A DNA stretch of 64,000 bases from the NCBI GenBank assembly GCA_051294375.1, contig JBJCIZ010000275.1, positions 1-64,000 on the forward strand, read 5' to 3'. Source of the DNA: Paraspadella gotoi. Taxonomy: Eukaryota > Animalia > Chaetognatha. Shown here piece after piece: positions 13,151 to 26,514 of this stretch. The position numbers and the translations under genes were made by a program. The number at the start of each line of letters is the position of its first letter. The stretch's first letter is position 1. The notes beneath the pieces are model-generated. The model worked only from the letters and a program-made list of their open reading frames with translations, searched no databases and was not told where the DNA came from.

Positions 13151-14312
13151 TATTTTGTGCCTCTCCCCGCGATGCCACTTTGATTTCCCGAACTTTCTCG
13201 TCTCGCGAAGTTGAATATTAGTTTTGTATATTTTTATATTGTTTGGATTTCAATATATGTGCGCCTTAAATAGTCCAAACGCCCTGACGTGAACGCGCGA
13301 TGCCCCCAGGACTGTCCTGTCAACCAGTATCCGTCATGTGAGGCATCTCCGCCTTCAAAAACCTGTGCCTGGAAATAAAACTCTCTATCCCCACAAGATG
13401 TTTTGAGATGGAAAACTGGGTGATGGGTTTCCCTTCTGGAAGTTAAAAATACAGGATATAGTTAACTTTGAACGATGTTGATCGACAAGAAAGAATTTAT
13501 CTTTGGCTTGTCTCGTATACTAGGCCGACTGTTCTCACTTAGCACTATCAAGTGACCTTGCGATGAATGTCCGGCCAGAAATAATTTTGCCGCTGCCGGC
13601 TCATCTGTGTTGAGAGGTTTGGTTTAGATCTCTTTGACCAGGAGCGAAAGATTAGTGGTTAAAATATAGTGGGACGCTTTGTTTATGATTTCCCTGTAAA
13701 ACGTGTTCTTTATATCATAAATTCTGGTTAAGGCGCGCGAGAGCGAGCGAGCGAAGAGAGGTATAGAGCGGAGCGAGGCGGGATAAAGTATACGCAGGGA
13801 TAATGAGGTTCTAGAACTCTCTGGCTTCTCGTGACCACTCATTGTCGGCCTTCTTCCTTTCTTTTGGACTCGGAGGGTTCCCTTGCCATTGGGAAATTAT
13901 CTTGCCTGCTGGGTACAACGTTCTATGAACTGACACCTCGTTTTCCTCTCTTCACGCGCGCTGACTCGGTGGGCTTCTGTTCTTTGGAGTTTTGTCTTTG
14001 TTATCGACTGAGTCGCGTCTAACCTGACGTCTGGTCTTTCCTTAAGGCACTGCTTTAACACTTTCTCGGTGTACTTGTGTGATACTGAGATCAGTTCCGA
14101 TCGCGGGATTGTCCAGAGTGGCCAGATGCTGTCTTCGTCGTCCTGCACTGCAGTCTAGGTCGCCTCACGAGGGTCTGGTTCAGGTTGCTAGGATGTGCAT
14201 GTCGCAAAGCGAGTGGTCTATAGCCGCAGTCCGGAGCCGACTGGACGAGAATGATCTCAGCGTCAATCTTTTTTCTCGTTTTGCATGGAGTGGCCGAGCT
14301 GATCCTCGTATG

Positions 14313-14815
14313 TTACCGCAGATATGCAAGGAGTCGCGAAATAAAAATTCTTGGTAACGTAACTTTAGCTAACATTAAAGCGTGAAGGAATTGCACCAAC
14401 CCAATCGGCAATATGGGTGACCTACTTTCAATTAATTTCTTGATTAAGAGTGAAATTTCTGTGAACGGCAGAGCTTTGTCGTTTATTTTTAGTTCAAAAG
14501 TTCGGGGATCCCAAGACAAATGAACACTTTTCTGAATTTCATTCAGTAATCTCGTCACTAGTGCGCCCTCTTGAGGCCCATACTCGGAAAGAATCTTTTG
14601 TTTCGAGGAGTCCAAAGAGTCAAGCTTGTCCTCGGCGGCGGCCGCCGCCTCTACCGCTTCTGCCTCTCCCACCCCTTCCCTTTGCTTGATGGGTAAATTT
14701 ATTAAAGCTTTAAGTTAATCTAATTTCTCCTCGCTATTATTATTTATTTTTCTCCGTCGGCTAGTAAAATTTTTCGCAGTTTCGTCGGTTTTATATGATA
14801 ATCGAAGGTCGCCAT
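14313..14815 (-). CDS. Conserved Maverick ORF lying upstream of the integrase (frameshifted; acidic tail probably extends to ~13900)
   Basis: LLNEIQKSVHLSWDPRTFELKINDKALPFTEISLLIKKL...LPIGLVQFLHALMLAKV resembles the SWxxxGELxIxG...PxGxxxFxxAL pattern of animal Mavericks. Confidence 0.65.
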
Positions 14816-14820
14816 TGCAA

Positions 14821-15091
14821 TTAGGCATCTAACATGATGGTGCAATTTTTGAAGAAATCGGCCAGGACAGAATTGTATACTATGTGTTGAAAATCTGGAG
14901 GACTAGCCAAAAGCTTTCTTTTTTTCGAGAAAAAGAAGCAGTCCTCCCTGGCTAAATATTTTGAAAATTTTTTATATTTTTTCAGTTTAGTTCGAGTTTT
15001 TTTGCCGAAGCAATGTGCCAACTTGATGTTACTTGTGTTCTTCAGAATTTTCAGCAATGTTTTTAAGACCTCATCCGATACAGATTCCTTG
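14821..15091 (-). CDS. Small basic Maverick ORF between ATPase and SWD-motif ORF (5' end in gap)
   Basis: KILKNTSNIKL...KTRTKLKKYKKFSKYLAREDCFFFSKKRKLL; position and KLKKYK...LA...KKRK pattern match the ORF following Maverick ATPases. Confidence 0.6.
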
Positions 15092-15965
15092 NNNNNNNNN
15101 NNNNNNNNNNNNNNNNNNNNNNNNNNNNNNNNNNNNNNNNNNNNNNNNNNNNNNNNNNNNNNNNNNNNNNNNNNNNNNNNNNNNNNNNNNNNNNNNNNNN
15201 NNNNNNNNNNNNNNNNNNNNNNNNNNNNNNNNNNNNNNNNNNNNNNNNNNNNNNNNNNNNNNNNNNNNNNNNNNNNNNNNNNNNNNNNNNNNNNNNNNNN
15301 NNNNNNNNNNNNNNNNNNNNNNNNNNNNNNNNNNNNNNNNNNNNNNNNNNNNNNNNNNNNNNNNNNNNNNNNNNNNNNNNNNNNNNNNNNNNNNNNNNNN
15401 NNNNNNNNNNNNNNNNNNNNNNNNNNNNNNNNNNNNNNNNNNNNNNNNNNNNNNNNNNNNNNNNNNNNNNNNNNNNNNNNNNNNNNNNNNNNNNNNNNNN
15501 NNNNNNNNNNNNNNNNNNNNNNNNNNNNNNNNNNNNNNNNNNNNNNNNNNNNNNNNNNNNNNNNNNNNNNNNNNNNNNNNNNNNNNNNNNNNNNNNNNNN
15601 NNNNNNNNNNNNNNNNNNNNNNNNNNNNNNNNNNNNNNNNNNNNNNNNNNNNNNNNNNNNNNNNNNNNNNNNNNNNNNNNNNNNNNNNNNNNNNNNNNNN
15701 NNNNNNNNNNNNNNNNNNNNNNNNNNNNNNNNNNNNNNNNNNNNNNNNNNNNNNNNNNNNNNNNNNNNNNNNNNNNNNNNNNNNNNNNNNNNNNNNNNNN
15801 CGCCAGAAACGCAAACAAAAGAACCACATTTTATTTTAGCGGTGTCTGAGTAGGACTCCCGATCGATCGATCCGATTAGTGTCAGACATCTTCTTATTTA
15901 ACCAAAAAAAATTATTAATCCGAATGAATAAAAATTAAAAAATGATTATCAATATGATTGTTTTT

Positions 15966-16440
15966 ACAATTTCACTATAGCCAAAACTCTATCCTCTTCC
16001 TCTCCCTCTCCCAACCTTGGCCAGAGGAAAATTTCTTTTTTTATTTAATTCCAAGAAATTAAAATTGCTCATATAATTTGACAAAGTCACACCGTAATTT
16101 TTTAAGATTCTCAGCGAGCCTTTAGAAATTTTTACGAGAAGAGTTAGGAAGAAAAAATGGTTTCTGTGCGAAATTTACAAAAATTATACAAATGTAGGCC
16201 GTAACTATCTGATAGAAATTTGAAAAAAAATATCCTGACTAAATTCTCACACCAAAAAAACAAAATTGTTCAACAGACTTCTGAATGGTGGTGTATCGCA
16301 ATCCTGTTCACACATTCCTTAATGTCCACATATCAACACTCAAAGAGTGGACTTTGCGGATATCACGTGCCCATAGAAAGATTTTATTGCTCCTCAAGCG
16401 GAATTAATTTGAAAAAAGAAAAAACGTCATCCTAGACATA
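15966..16440 (-). CDS. Hypothetical ORF upstream of the ATPase (indel-broken)
   Basis: Open frame HRNHFFFLTLLVKISKGSLRILKNYGVTLSNYMSNFNFLELNKKEIFLWPRLGEGEEEDRVLAIVKL*; no family recognised. Confidence 0.3.
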
Positions 16441-16449
16441 TTGAAGACA

Positions 16450-17190
16450 ATGGCCATAACACAGACAAGAGCTTATTAACTTGAGAAAAACTGACTGCAT
16501 GAATCACGCCAATCCTGTGCAGATTAACAAGCACGAAAACCAAAGCACAACTTACTACGGTCACACAAACAAGACTACGTTACAACCACACAACAACAAC
16601 CCAACTGTAGCCAAACCTTTGCGCTGCACTGCCTTTCCATAATCGACACAAAATACGCAACACTCCGCCTTATCCTACAACTTCCATCACTTCCAGATCA
16701 CCACACCAATGCAAAGAGCTTTTAGAAAACAAGCCAAGGAAGCATCACTCTTAGCAGTGCATGGGACAGACGCTGGCAAACATCCTGCTGCCCGCCAACA
16801 AAACCAAAGTCCGTGCCAAAAAATACAGGGCACGCGGAATGCTAAACTTCCGTTCTCTTGCCTTCCTAAAGGCTCGATACATTTGGAGAAACCTGTCGTG
16901 TTTGCAACATCGAACGGATAGTCGAAACAAAAAGAGCCAGGCGAGTCAGGAATTGGCGTCAAATTCCGGCTTGACCACATCAGAGAGCATGCGATATGCC
17001 CCGTTTCATCTTGGGAAAACTGAAAACATCTCTCAAAGCCACGAATCAAAAACCAAAAGACATGCTCAAGCACCATCTCAAGGAGTGGAAGAAGCTCTTT
17101 GGATTCGTCATTTTTGTATTGGGACCAGTGGACCAGGCAAAGGGCTCAACGAAGACAAAGGAGCATACTCTAACTCTAACTCTAATTTAA
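16450..17190 (+). CDS. Hypothetical ORF next to the terminal repeat (indel-broken)
   Basis: Chain of overlapping open frames (16709-16921, 16761-17219, 16996-17190); no family recognised. Confidence 0.3.
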
Positions 17191-17232
17191 ACAAAAGCTG
17201 TGTAAATAATTTTGGATAAAATATAATAAAAC

Positions 17233-17420
17233 CTCTGAAAAGGTATCCTAACCGGAAGTAAAGTGACAAGAATGCGGGAAACTAATATATTGAAGGAAAA
17301 TCTATACTGAGACAAAAATGAGGGTAAAAAAAGGGAGAGAGACCCTGGGAGGAGGATGAAGAGGAGGTGAATGAGAAGGAGGGGGTAATAGACCCGCGTC
17401 TGTCTATCACCTTATATACT
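17233..17420 (-). repeat. Candidate Maverick terminal inverted repeat (ATPase-side end, internally deleted)
   Basis: Minus strand begins (C)AGTATATAAGGTGATAGACAGACGCGGG; homology with other copies stops sharply on both sides. Confidence 0.55.
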
Positions 17421-20400
17421 GGGCCCCTCTCTTGGGTCAAGATGGCGTATCAGGCCTTGAATGGCGTGAGACGTCATCGTGCTGGTGCGTAGTGAGAGTG
17501 CCTAACCGTGCTGAAATTGTGAATGTGAGGAGGGGGTAAAGAAGAGAATGGGTTTGGGTGTGGGGTACAGGTCATCATATAAAACAAATCAAATTGGAGG
17601 GGGGTCACAGTCTTAATAGAAACAGGTGGGGGTTGATGATGATATTTGAAGCAAGGTGATTCAAGTTTGTATTTGATTGTGGTGATAATTCGGCGACATT
17701 GGTGATCATAAGGGGAAAACATAAAAACAAGATAAAGGAGGCGAAGTGATATATATATGTAGCTTGGGAGGCGCGGAACGAGGACGAGGGCATCAACGGC
17801 GTGAGGCATCCAACGGCCGTGGCTGAGCGTTCCGTCAACGACGAAATCGACGTCCCTCCACCCCTTCTCCTCCCCCCCTTCGCGCCGCCCTCGCGCGCCG
17901 GCGACCCGGCTTACGAACTCGAAACGTTTCTTCCATCCAACTAGAACTGTCTTCGACCTACGCAAACGTGAAAAAACTTATCCGCACACATCGTTGTCCA
18001 CCCTCCGCCTCCGGCTCTCGCCAATCGCACCTCTCCCCCACCTCCGACACTCCCTTTCCGCTTCCAGGAATCCGCCGAAAACTGCATTTCAAACTGATAA
18101 ACGGGCCAGAAAGCAAAATAAAGCCCAAGTAAAACAACGATTGAACAAAAATTCAAACAATCCAATCCTCATCGCGCCCCATCACAACAACAAACAGAAA
18201 GCGAGTTGCGATTTCGAAAGCACGTCACTTTCCCCCACGTTTTTCCCCTCGCTTTCCACTCCTCCCTCCCCCTCCCGCCTCCCCCAATAACATCTCCTCA
18301 ACATTCCCCGCGCCCTACTCCCGAGAAGTTTTTCGTGCGCGAGCAAGATCGGCACAAGAAACGCGCACAATGCACGTTACGTCCAACACAGCGCTTTACC
18401 GCCGGTCTTAAGCCCAGATCATGCGCGATCTCAACGAGGACTCCACCCTGCAACCGAAATCGCAACTGACTCCCAATGAACGGATCAGTCACAAAACTTA
18501 TTCTCCTTTGCTTCAGTAATCTTTACTTAAATCCGTTTAAACTGTTAATTTTTACATTGGTTTCAATCTCTCTTCAATCTTAAAACCTCTTACTCGTTAT
18601 AGTAAATCGTTATTGTTTACAACCATCCGATACGTAATGTTTTACCGATCCATCACAATCCGCAAGCGTCATCGCCATACGTTATCATTTTAACCAAAAA
18701 CAAACCCATAATTACCAACAAGCATCGATTTTTAATCAAATCAAAGTAATTCGAAGTAATTTTATTCCATCTCGAATACTCCGTTAAACAATTTTTCCCT
18801 TTTTTCCTTTCAAATTTAAGTGTTAACACACAACATTGTTAACTTTTAGTAGAATTTTCATTATTACGAAATTTGGAAGCCTTTTATATTTAGACAATAC
18901 GTGCAAAACTTTTAACCCGTTTTTATCTGGGGGGCATTGCTTCTCAAATCCCTGGCACCAAAAGTATTTTCAATCACTCGTGCCGTCTTTTGTCCCGATA
19001 TCAATCACATAGATTAATATGGCTCCCTCGCTGTGATTAATCCTTTATTATTTTACCTTTCATCTCGGCTCTATATTCCGGTGTTCTCTCAGTTCGATTT
19101 TATCTCGGTGCCAGGGTGTTCCTCTAATTACTCACATATAATATAACTATTATTAATATCATCTATCATGGTGATCAGTTTCAGTTCATATGTGAGCATT
19201 ATTGTAATTTACAGGGTCTAAGGTTCAACTTCATGTTTTGATTGCTAAAAGTCACTTCTACTATTGAGGAGGCATGAATTATTACATGGCGATTTTCCTA
19301 GCATCAAGGAGGTGAAGAACGTGATTAGTTGGAGAGGAGAGTGAGTTTTTTTTTTTCGGTGTTTTTAAATTTTTTGGCAAGATATTCATTCTCATTTTCT
19401 TGTTCTAGCTCTAATATATATATTGACTCTCCTTAAATGCAGCGTTCATCGCTGGAGGAAGAAGGCATTTGAAACAGTTAGGTTTATGCTTTTGTCACAT
19501 CAGTGCCTTTTAAGATTAGAATCGGTCAGTTTTGCCATAGTCAACTGGTCCAATCACACTTGCCAATCATCAGCGTTGTCTTTTGCCATAGTAGAATAAA
19601 CTATAGAAAGCCTAGAGCTTCGTTGACATCTTTGATGCCTTTACTTTCTCTTTAAGTAATTTTTTACTTTTAACACAATTAATCACATGTTGTTTCACCA
19701 CTGCGCCATAATAGATAAAGTTTGGTGTTGGGGATTCAGGATGGGGATGGGTGATGTGATGGTGGTGTGGGGAGTGTGAGTAGGACTTTATTAATCTGCT
19801 TTTTCTTTCTTTTTACAAATTTATTTTTTATTTTCTTTTGAGTATATTTTCACTTTTTACCACAAATTAACAGCAACCACTCTTACTGTTTGCTATTACT
19901 GGTTTTGTCAACTTTGACTTCTTACAATTTATGTATGATCATCTTGAAAAAAAAAAAAATTAGTGAAACTGCAATTTTGATGAATGGCACGAAGATATCG
20001 TTTTTCTCTTTTTTTGTTTGGATTTTAAGCAACTAATGAAGCAGAATGATAGCAGGATTAACCGCATCACTCGAAATTTTGTCAAGGTGGCTTAATTTTT
20101 TGTCAGACTAAGACAAAATGTCATAGAAACCTCTGATTAACAATCACAGTAAATAAAGGACTGATTAAAACTCTCCAGTCACCACTCTTTTTAGCATCTG
20201 CAGTGTTGAGGATACACAAAGGGGGGAGGGCGAATTATGCACGTTATTTTGTTCCATTTGAATTTGATACGATTTCGAATTGATTTGTAGCGCACCCTGC
20301 GGTGGCAAATGCATTATTATGAGCGAAATTAACTTGTGGTCAAGCAGACAATCAAATACGTGACTGTCACCAAATTCTTCCAATCACTTTTGCCTTTTCT

Positions 20401-23400
20401 AGCTCAAGTTTGGCCACCTTAAAATTACTTAGCCATTCATTTTTATTTAATCTAAGAGATCATACATTTGAAATATTTTGTGAATAAAGCTAACATTACC
20501 TCCTTGCAAAAAATAGGAGAACTGATTGGTGAGAAACTGCTTTCCATTTGATATACAAGATCGATAAGTGAGTTTAACACCAAGTGAGTTTAGAACTGAG
20601 ACTGATAAAATGCAGATTTTGACTCCTCAAGGCCTTGTTGACGGTTGATAGGTTTTGGGGTGTTGGATGGGTTGGGAGGGGGTTTGGAGTTGGAAGTAGA
20701 ATTTTTATTTACATTGAGTAGTGACTAAATTACTAAGAAGTCATTTTTTGATTCAAGGCTCGTTGCAGCAACTTGATGTAATAACATTAAAATAGGCAAA
20801 GTTTGTTAAAATACACAAGTAATAGTTTATTTGCTTTTGTCTGGTGGGGTGAAGGGGTGCGGGGGTAAGTTGGGGGTGAGGGGGCTGGAGACATTTCCAA
20901 TTCAATTTTGAAAACTGAAATGTGGATTCAGTTTTCTCCCAATTTTTTGGGCAATGACTGACTCTAGATGATGACAAATGTTTTCAGCATTAAAGACTGA
21001 CCTCGATTCACACAGTAGCCTAATGACAAAAGCAGCAGCATAATCTCTGACAGAAAAAAAAATCTGACATAATTTTTTGTCATGACTGACCAAGCCTTTC
21101 AGCAGGTTTGACACTGACAGTTGTCTGAACTGATGACAGTGGATCCAGAATTCCGCGGAAGAACTGACAAAAAAGGATGATGACAAAGTTGCCACCGACG
21201 ATGGATGACGATCAACAACTTAATTACGAAAACATCTCGGCTCTCGTTTCTGTAAATCCTTTCGATCCGTCGAACAGAAGGGAGGGGGGGAACGGGGATC
21301 ATCGGGCACACACTGTAGTTTGACCACGGAGATTCGCAGCCTCGAATCGTCGAAAAATTTTTTTAATTTATTCACACAACTATATCATTTTTTTTCGACG
21401 GCCGAGACCGCTGATGATTAACGGGGGAGAGCGACAACGAAGTGACTCGACGGACACGCAGAGAGGCATCTTCGATTCGGGGGAGAGAGGATGCGCGGGG
21501 GTAGCGAGAAGGCAGATGAGGTGGAAAGGGAGTTCATCTTGGAAAGGCCGCGACGAAGATTTTTGTTGGCATTTTTCAGTACTCAATGGTGTCTTTTTTA
21601 ACTTCTCGCGCCTAGCGTATTGCAGTTAGTTTATAAGATTCTTTTTGGGTCGAAACGCAAAAAAGAATAAATCGACGTCAGAGAAGGGCAGAAAAGAGTC
21701 TTTTATTTCGCTTTTAGTTTCTTTGTAAAGTTCAGTTTAGTTTGATGATTTTTTTTTTTCACTCATTTTTTATATTCACTTAGTTTTTTGGGGGGCAGTG
21801 TCCTTTTGGAAACAAAACTCGTCATCGCGGCAGGGGGGGGTGAGCATAGAAGGAGTGGTTTTTCGCGATTCTCTATAAGGCGATCCGCTAGGGGAGAGAG
21901 CATCGCGAAAGTATTTAATCGAAATGTCACGTCATCCTTACTTGAGTGGTTCATTATCATATCGAAGCGTCGGCGGATGATCGAAGATCGGCGAAACGAT
22001 CGTTTTATTAAAAGAAGACAAAAATTAGTGGATCGAGGGAAAGGAGGAAAGACGAGAGGGAGAAGGTGGCGATGAGGAGTGAGGGATTAAATAGACGGTC
22101 AGTGCGCCTGGCGATTAAAAACGGCGCCGCGACAGGGACCGCAGATTTGGGATTGGAGCAGAAGAATTTGTGTTGCGCTGCAGTTGCTAGCTGTGATCGA
22201 AGAACGCACATCGACTAAGTTCACTCCTAGTCAGGAGTCGAGGGCAGAAAAAAAAACGACGCCAGATTTGAATCATCGTTCAAATCGATGCGATTCGCGT
22301 AAAAATTCAATCGATCGAAGTTGGGCGATGAGACGGAAACAAGAGAAAAAAAATTGAGATTTTTCGCAAAAAAGTGCATGAGTTGCTGCAAAGGAACGTA
22401 GTCTCTAATACTCGATGGAGGAAGCGATGAGGACATAAAAATCGGAAAAGAAATGCGATTAAATGTTTTTGGTTTTTTTTTTTGGTCGGCAATGGCGCAA
22501 AAAAAAGTCGGGTTGGGGAAACGAAGATGGAAAAAATAAAATTTAATCCAAATATAAAGTCGTTTTGTTTTTGTTTTACTTTCAATTAAAAAAAATAGAA
22601 TAAAAAAGTTTTCACATTTTTTCTTTTTTTCTGTCATTTCAGTTGTTTTTTTTGTTTTTGTTTCTCCGTTTTCTAAATCAGTCGTGGAAGCACATCCTGG
22701 GTTTTGTGGTAATGGTTCGATGCAACCAATTGCGGCGGTCAACTTTTTTCTGAAAAGGAAGGTATCTACACCGGAAGTTAAAGTGACGAGGAATGCGGGA
22801 ACTAATATATTGACGAAGGAAAATTTATACTGAGACAAAATGAGGGTAAAAAAAGGTAGGAGCGAGTAGGAGAGAAAGGAGAAGAAGGTGACACTGAATC
22901 TTCGTGAACCGCGCCCCGAATTCCCTGAGGAGCAGGATGAAGAGAGGTGATGAGAAGGATGGTGGTAATAGACCCGCGTCTGTCTAATCACCTTATATAC
23001 TGAAAACTCATTCTAAAATACGATCCCATGATTAGGCTTTTCAATTTGATGACCCACGCCCACTTGCTAACTCTTCTTTCACAAAGTTATTAAGAACAAT
23101 AACTTTTATCGGATCTGCTTATCAGCGAGACGACTCTATACATTCACTTTGTCCCGTCCGTCTGTCCGCCCCCTCTAATATGTTCGTCACTAACTTAATA
23201 ATCATGTCAGAGAACTCGATAATGATAAATATGCAAAAAAATGATGTCCGCTCCGTCGTTCCGTCCGTCCACGTCCGTCCCAACCTAAGCAAAAACACAC
23301 CATTACTCGTGCAGATGGATGGGCAGAAATTTGTGTGTCGTAAGGGAAATGTGTGATTGAGCTGTATTAAAGTTCGATGGATATCGTCCCGAGTGAAATG

Positions 23401-23727
23401 AGTTTATCAATGGCAAAAATAATAAATATATTTCATTCATTTGACACACCAATTACTCAGAGTGATGGGGCGAATTGACTTGAAATTTTTGTATTTGGGT
23501 AGGAATATGTGAGATTGATTGACTGGACAACATCAGTTTCGATGACATCATTTGATAAAATGAGTTTAAATGGAAAACAAAACAAAAACCTGTTTCACCT
23601 CAACTGATATGCTTCTTTTCCTTTTATATTAAATGTAAATGAAGATGTTATTATTAAATCAATTAATATAATCAGTTATTTAATCAATTAGTCAATTAAT
23701 TAATCAGATTAATTAAATCCTCTCTGG
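17421..23727. repeat. Segment copy 1 of 3 (unknown spliced ORF, terminal repeat 22749-23001, HINE fragment)
   Basis: Colinear with 33410-39320 and 42562-46320; 17750-19200 is very low quality. Confidence 0.85.
23103..23720 (+). mobile_element. HINE/DINE-1-like Helentron element, 5' fragment
   Basis: Homologous to 54816 onward: 5' palindrome and (CGTC)n tract. Confidence 0.7.
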
Positions 23728-25223
23728 NNNNNNNNNNNNNNNNNNNNNNNNNGTGATATCTTCTGAAACGAAAAACCTGGACCCCGAAATCCCGCAGAGC
23801 TCGAAGCGAGAAGAGGATGAGGAAAGGTGGAGGATGACGACATGCCTTTCTCGGGCTGAACCCCTCCTCCCCATCATGGCTCATCTATGTAACATTACCT
23901 TACTTTTGGAAAATAATTAATATCGATGCAGATAGTACTTTGAGCTAGACCAATTCTAAAACTCAGTTCAAAAAAAAAAAAACCGACGTTCCCGAGAGAG
24001 AGTTAAAGCACTACTAACTTCACCGATCAACCGACTCGACTTCTATAAAGTTCCTAAGCAAATCTCGCTCCGCGTCGACATTCAAACAAAAAAAAAAAAA
24101 AACGAAAAAAAGAACAATTTTCTTTTTTTTTACTCGGCTCGCCGGAAGCGAAAATTGCGGGTTTCGGCGTCGCGGAATTTAAAATCGTCGGCCGGGCGTC
24201 GGCGCCAACTCTCGGCAATCTTTAAGTGACGCCGGTTGAGTTGCGCACGCCGCGTAATTCGTATTTAGGAGAAAAGCGGCGTCGCGTTAGCGTTAGCGCT
24301 TGGTCTACATCCGAGGAAATATTAGGGAAAACTTTCTTCTATCTGTCCTGTCTGTATGACCGCTCATGTCTGTCCATCTGGTCTCCTGTCTGCCTACCTA
24401 TTAGTTTGTGCCACCGGTCTTCCGCCCGAGCTGTTCTAAAGCTGTCGTTCTATCCTAAACTGTCTCTCTTTCTTAACGGCTCTGTGCTGATTTCAATAGC
24501 TGTCCGTCTCTAAAATACCCAATCCATCCGTCTGTCTGTGTCGGTCCAAGCGTATTAATTATGTCTCCTGAAATAAAATGTCCCTCAAAGGCCGTCTCGG
24601 AATCCGAAGGCGATTTATCTGGACCGAATCATAAAGACATCGAATGCGCAAATAGATCTTATTCGACTTTGCCATCTTCGACATTCGATGTTGACGGATG
24701 CCCAGTTTCGAACCTACTAACGAGCTGCCACGACACGCTCCAATGACACGCTGTCACGTCGGCTCTTCATAATCTCCACAATATCATCTTTGGCCTTTCC
24801 CCCACGTAATATTCAATTGCCATTTTTTCACGATATCTCCCGTATCAATCTCGCTCTCTGCATATCTCCCTCCTGGCCATTGTCCTCTCATTATCTTCTC
24901 ATTATGCCACTCCTCCGTCCATCTCCTTCTTGGCATTTCCTTTTTGCACATACTCCTCTGGTCCATCTAACCATCTACCTCCTGCCATGTCATCTTCATT
25001 TATCACTCTCATTCTTGCCATATCCTCTTTGCCACCCCCTGCCAATGAGCCATCTCCTTTTCTCTTGCCATCTCCCATCTGCCACTCGCCTGGCCCAAAA
25101 GGCCTAAAAACCGGAGATATCATCGCTGGTATTCTCATTGTATCGGGGTTTTCCGTCTTCTCTCCTTTTCACATTTCCTTCTAAGCCAGATAATGCGGCG
25201 AAGGGAATTAGCGGAGACTGGAG

Positions 25224-25295
25224 CAGAGAGTGGATAGAGAGAGAGAGAGAGAAGGAGAGAGAAGAGAGAGAGCGAGAGCAGAGAGAGAGAGATGA

Positions 25296-25328
<33 letters not shown>

Positions 25329-25626
25329 CTGCAGTCTCTGCGTCATTGCTGAGCATGCGTTGCAGCAACTGCCTTGCATGGGACCCAGTCGCCTCGGTCC
25401 GGCCCTCCAAACTCCACATCCTTTCATTTTTATGCTCTTTCTTTTTCTGTGTTTTTAATTCTGAACTTCGACTTTGACTGATAAAAAAAAGCATTAAAAT
25501 ATTTTTCCCTATTTTTTTTAAAAGCGTACGTCTTTAATGTTCCGACTTTAGAATCGTCTTTTATTTTTCCTTCGTTCCCCCGGAAAACTCTTGGTCGTTG
25601 TCTCCTCTTCTAATCTCTCGTCTCTC

Positions 25627-25678
<52 letters not shown>

Positions 25679-25715
25679 GCTTTTCTCTCTTCTCTCTCTC
25701 TCTCTCTCTTCTCTT
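25224..25715. repeat. (GA)n and (CT)n microsatellite tracts in opposite orientation
   Basis: GA tract 25224-25328, CT tract ~25615-25715. Confidence 0.9.
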
Positions 25716-26179
25716 CAGTTTCCATTGGCTTTTCTGGGGAAAATCAGTAACGATTTCTTCATATCCAGGGGCGCCGAACGACTGGCGGAGGGCCGGCTGG
25801 CAGAGGCGGCGGAGCGGCGCGAGGCCTGGCTGGCGTCGTTGACGATACGGTGGAAATCAGCGGTGGCCGTTTTAAGCGTGATTTTCCAGAGTAGGTTGCG
25901 AGGGTAATTGGCAAAAAATTGAAGCGAATTATAAAAACTTAAAACTAACTATGATTGAAATTAAATCTTCATTCATTATTATCGTTTTTTTTCGCGCTTT
26001 GGATATTGTGACTTTAACCCAAGAAGGATCAAGGGTATGTCTCGCTCGTCTTCGTCCATTCGTGTCTTCGTCGGTGTCTTCGTCGTGCATCGTCGTCGGT
26101 CGTCCGCCTCAAGCGAGACGAGGATCGTTTCTTGGGTGTAATAGACTCGGCGTGGTTATAACGGGCGGATGTTATTGCG

Positions 26180-26400
26180 GGGAGGAGAAAAGAAGGAGAG
26201 AGAGAAGGAGGAAAAGAGAAGAAAAAGGGAAGGAAAATAAAGGAAATAAGAAAGAAGACAAAAGAAAGACAAGAAAGGAAAGAGAAAAGAAAAAGAAAAG
26301 AAAGAAAAGAGAAGAAAGAAAAAGAAAGAAAAAGAAAGAAGAAATAGGGAAAAGGAAATAATATAAAGAAAGAAAGAAAGAAAGAAGCAAAGAAACGGGA
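26180..26400 (+). repeat. Purine-rich (GAAA-like) low-complexity tract
   Basis: Almost only A and G. Confidence 0.9.
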
Positions 26401-26514
26401 CATTGCGTTTTCCCATTCGGTTTTTTTTCTCTGGAATTCGAAGTCAGATATCTCGATTCCCTTGATTTCATGGGCGCACGACGAATGACGAGCGAAGTGA
26501 GGAACGTATCAGCA

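Larger units (their letters stand above)
8750..17420 (-). mobile_element. Maverick/Polinton-like element, second and more complete copy, ending in a terminal repeat
   Basis: Order on minus strand: terminal repeat, unknown ORFs, ATPase start (~15889, rest in gap 15092-15800), basic ORF, SWD-motif ORF, integrase (13850-13150 and 9338-8800). Confidence 0.75.

Noticed and set aside
16220-16435. YQHSKSGLCGYHV resembling the adenain Q...CG motif
   Set aside because: No upstream HW or FDSxG motifs at suitable spacing, and it overlaps a minus-strand frame; probably chance
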